Under the pieces are notes generated by a model. It worked only from the letters and a program-made list of their open reading frames with translations, did not search any database and had not been told where the DNA came from. From Octopus sinensis (taxonomy: Eukaryota): a stretch of DNA of 64,000 nt. The stretch lies in contig NC_043004.1 of the NCBI RefSeq assembly GCF_006345805.1, positions 75,082,001 to 75,146,000 on the forward strand. Reading direction: 5' to 3'. Position 1 is the first letter of the stretch; each line of letters begins with the position of its first letter. Shown here one piece after another: positions 61,565-64,000 of this stretch. Both the position numbers and the translations under genes were made by a program.

Positions 61565-61917
61565 GTATATATATATATATATATATATAGGCACATACAT
61601 ATGTATACATATGTATGCATATTTATATATGGGTATCTGTGATATGTTGGACCCCATCAAACAGTCCAACTCATATCATCATCATCATCATCATTTAACG
61701 TCCGCTTTCCATGCTAGCATGGGTTGGACGATTTGACTGAGGACTGGCAAACCAGATGGCTGCACCAGGCTCCAGTCTGATCTGGCAGAGTTTCTACAGC
61801 TGGATGCCCTTCCTAACGCCAACCACTCTGAGAGTGTAGTGGGTGCTTTTACGTGCCACCAGCATGAGGGCCAGTCTGGCAGTACTGGCAATGGCCATGC
61901 TCAAATGGTGCTTTTTA

Positions 61918-61949
<32 letters not shown>

Positions 61950-61954
<5 letters not shown>

Positions 61955-62530
61955 CATTTAAAGAAATATGAGAAGTGGATATGGAAAGATTCGGTTTTGA
62001 ATAAACCACTAGTTAAAGAGTAATATAAACGAATGACATAAAAAGTATGTGATAGTACCAGCAGATAAAGCAGCAGGGAATTTTGTAGTATTTTGTAAAA
62101 AATATTACATGATGGTTGTAGGTGAAGAGTTAAGAGAGGTTAAGGAATTTAAGTTTATAGGTAATAACACATACAAAGTTATACCAGAAAACGTTAAGGG
62201 GAAAGTTAATAGACTTATACCCTCAGTAGAAAGACTGAGTAGTTTAGAAGTGGAAGAAAAGGGATAAAAATATCCCTAAACTTTTGGGGATTAATAAACT
62301 ACATAAAGTTCCTTTTAAAAGTAGATTCATAGCAGGAGCTAGTAATTGTACAAATAAACAGCTATCTATATTGGTTAATGAGGCCTGAGAAGTTGTTAGA
62401 ACACATTTTAAAAAAATATTGTGATAAAATTTATTACAGTTCAGGAATTAATTATTTTTGGCGTATTAGATCAACTAAGGAATATCTGGATAGACTGAAG
62501 AAATGTAAGAAAATTAAGAGTTTGTGTGTG
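61950..62530 (+). mobile_element. Penelope-like element RT N-terminal fragment
   Basis: VIVPADKAAGNFVVFCKKYY ... KLHKVPFKSRFIAGASNCTNKQLSIL ... YCDKIYYSSGINYFWRI, typical PLE RT motifs; frameshifted; starts after (TA)n. Confidence 0.85.
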
Positions 62531-63542
62531 TATTTAGAATGTTTAAGATTAATTTTATTTGCTTACTACTTCACCAATATTGTTTGAGACAACTGAGAAA
62601 GAAGTAATTACGTATTATGTCATCAATAGTTAAAACAGTTTTTTGAGTTCCAGTTGACTGAACCTCGTGGTCTGAAAAAACATGTAAGTGTCAATACATT
62701 GTATTTTTATTACCTTTTAAACAGTTTTATATTTAGCTTTAATCATTGCAAGGTTTTTTTTATAATAATTACAGGTATACTTTTATTAGTTCCTATTTGA
62801 TAAAATTTAGTGTTTCTATTAGTGACTGGTAATAGTTTAATATTAAAGCATGTAAAGGTAAAATATAGTAATGAGTATGTAGTTTTTTTATTATTAACTT
62901 TTAGATTATAAAATAATGGATTCCACTCATAATTAATTATATTATTTGTTAAATTAAATTCATTTGTGTTTGTTTTGTTTTGGAAATAATTGAATATAAA
63001 GCTTTCACTTTTATATCAGTAACTATGGAAGACTGGTGGGATTATTATTTGTATGTACTTAAAGATTGGTCGCTATTTAGTTACATAATTTAGGTGTTAT
63101 TGTAGGTTTAATATTAATTTTATTTACCGACATTGGTGTACTTGGGGTTTATGTGTTTCCTTGTTGTAATTTAATTATAAAGTCAGTGTTTAATCCTGTC
63201 TAGAATTAGATTGAATGAATGTGGTTATAAAGATTTCACTTTTATACTATGGAAGGCTGGAGGGAATATTTTTTGCATGGCTTAAAGGAAAGGTCGCTTT
63301 TTAGTTTTATAATTTGGGAGTTGGTTATAGATTTCCTTATTGGATTTATTTACTGATTCTATTGTACATTGGGTAAATGTGTTTCTTGTTGTAGTTTAAT
63401 TAATAGTTGATATTTAATCCTTGCTAGAATTAAGATGTGGTGATTTCTTGGGTATGTTTGTTCCCAAACAACACTTATTTTAGGGCTTTTGACACCTCCA
63501 GACTGAATGGTACTGCACAGGTCAAAACTATCATGATATCCT

Positions 63543-63573
<31 letters not shown>

Positions 63574-63841
63574 GGTATCTGTGTTTGTAACTTTGTGTTT
63601 GTTCCCTCCCACCACCACTCCTGCTTGATAACCAGTGTTGGTTCCATTGGTTTGTTTATGCTCCCGTAACTTAGCAGTTCAGCAAATGAGACCAATAGAA
63701 TGGGTACCAGACTAAAAAAATTAAGTGCTAGTGTTGATTTGTTCAAGTGAACTCTTCAAGGTAGTGCTCCAGCATGGCCACAGTCCAACGACTGAATCAA
63801 GTAAAAGATATTTTGTCTGTAAATATTGAATGTCAACCAAC

Positions 63842-63955
63842 CTGGTTCAGATTTCTGTCCACCCAGTAGACATCATCGTTAAAAACTGTGATCCCGTAAG
63901 GTGAAGGTAGGTTTGTCCGAATATAAGCTCGATTCCCACCACTGAAGGAAATGCG
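63842..63955 (-). CDS. LRP2: LRP2-like exon, YWTD propeller ([38 protein letters not shown])
   Basis: tttgcag acceptor, gttggt donor, 114 nt, phase 0-0, YWVD motif; not in the ORF track. Confidence 0.9.
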
Positions 63956-64000
63956 CTGCAAACAAAACAAAAGGGGGAAAAAAAGCAAAAACATGTATTT

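Larger units (their letters stand above)
981..63955 (-). other. LRP2: LRP2/megalin-like gene, internal portion (23 exons traced; gene extends beyond both window ends)
   Basis: Manually spliced exons, all GT-AG with compatible phases, give one ORF of about 1187 aa: YWTD-EGF-YWTD-EGF-10xLDL-A-EGF-EGF-YWTD. The segment [16 protein letters not shown]...INEC...[14 protein letters not shown]...DIDEC...GNRHYIRKMTLDG...AVDWVGRKLY resembles megalin after ligand-binding cluster III (from memory, no search run). LRP1 shares the 10-repeat cluster but fits the sequence less well. Confidence 0.88.

Overview
Eukaryotic, AT- and microsatellite-rich animal DNA. The repeat content suggests a coleoid cephalopod, probably an octopus (inference). 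The whole window is the internal part of one large minus-strand gene, an LRP2/megalin-like LDL-receptor family member. I traced 23 GT-AG exons (63955 down to 981; 3562 nt, about 1187 codons) that splice with matching phases into one open frame. Domain order: end of a YWTD propeller, EGF, YWTD propeller, EGF, 10 LDL-A repeats (cluster III), 2 EGF, YWTD propeller. The introns are packed with repeats: RTE-clade LINEs (one near full-length but disrupted, one 5'-truncated with an intact RT ORF carrying an embedded PHD-like finger), Helitrons, Penelope-like remnants, a solo LTR, MITEs, tRNA-derived SINEs and micro/minisatellites. The most notable unexplained signals are: (i) hammerhead-ribozyme motifs, including a back-to-back inverted pair at 7073-7254 with one copy sense to the LRP2 pre-mRNA; (ii) long inverted repeat pairs bracketing LRP2 exons; (iii) two diverged copies of an unidentified coding relic with synonymous-biased divergence; (iv) an unusually degenerate last YWTD propeller.
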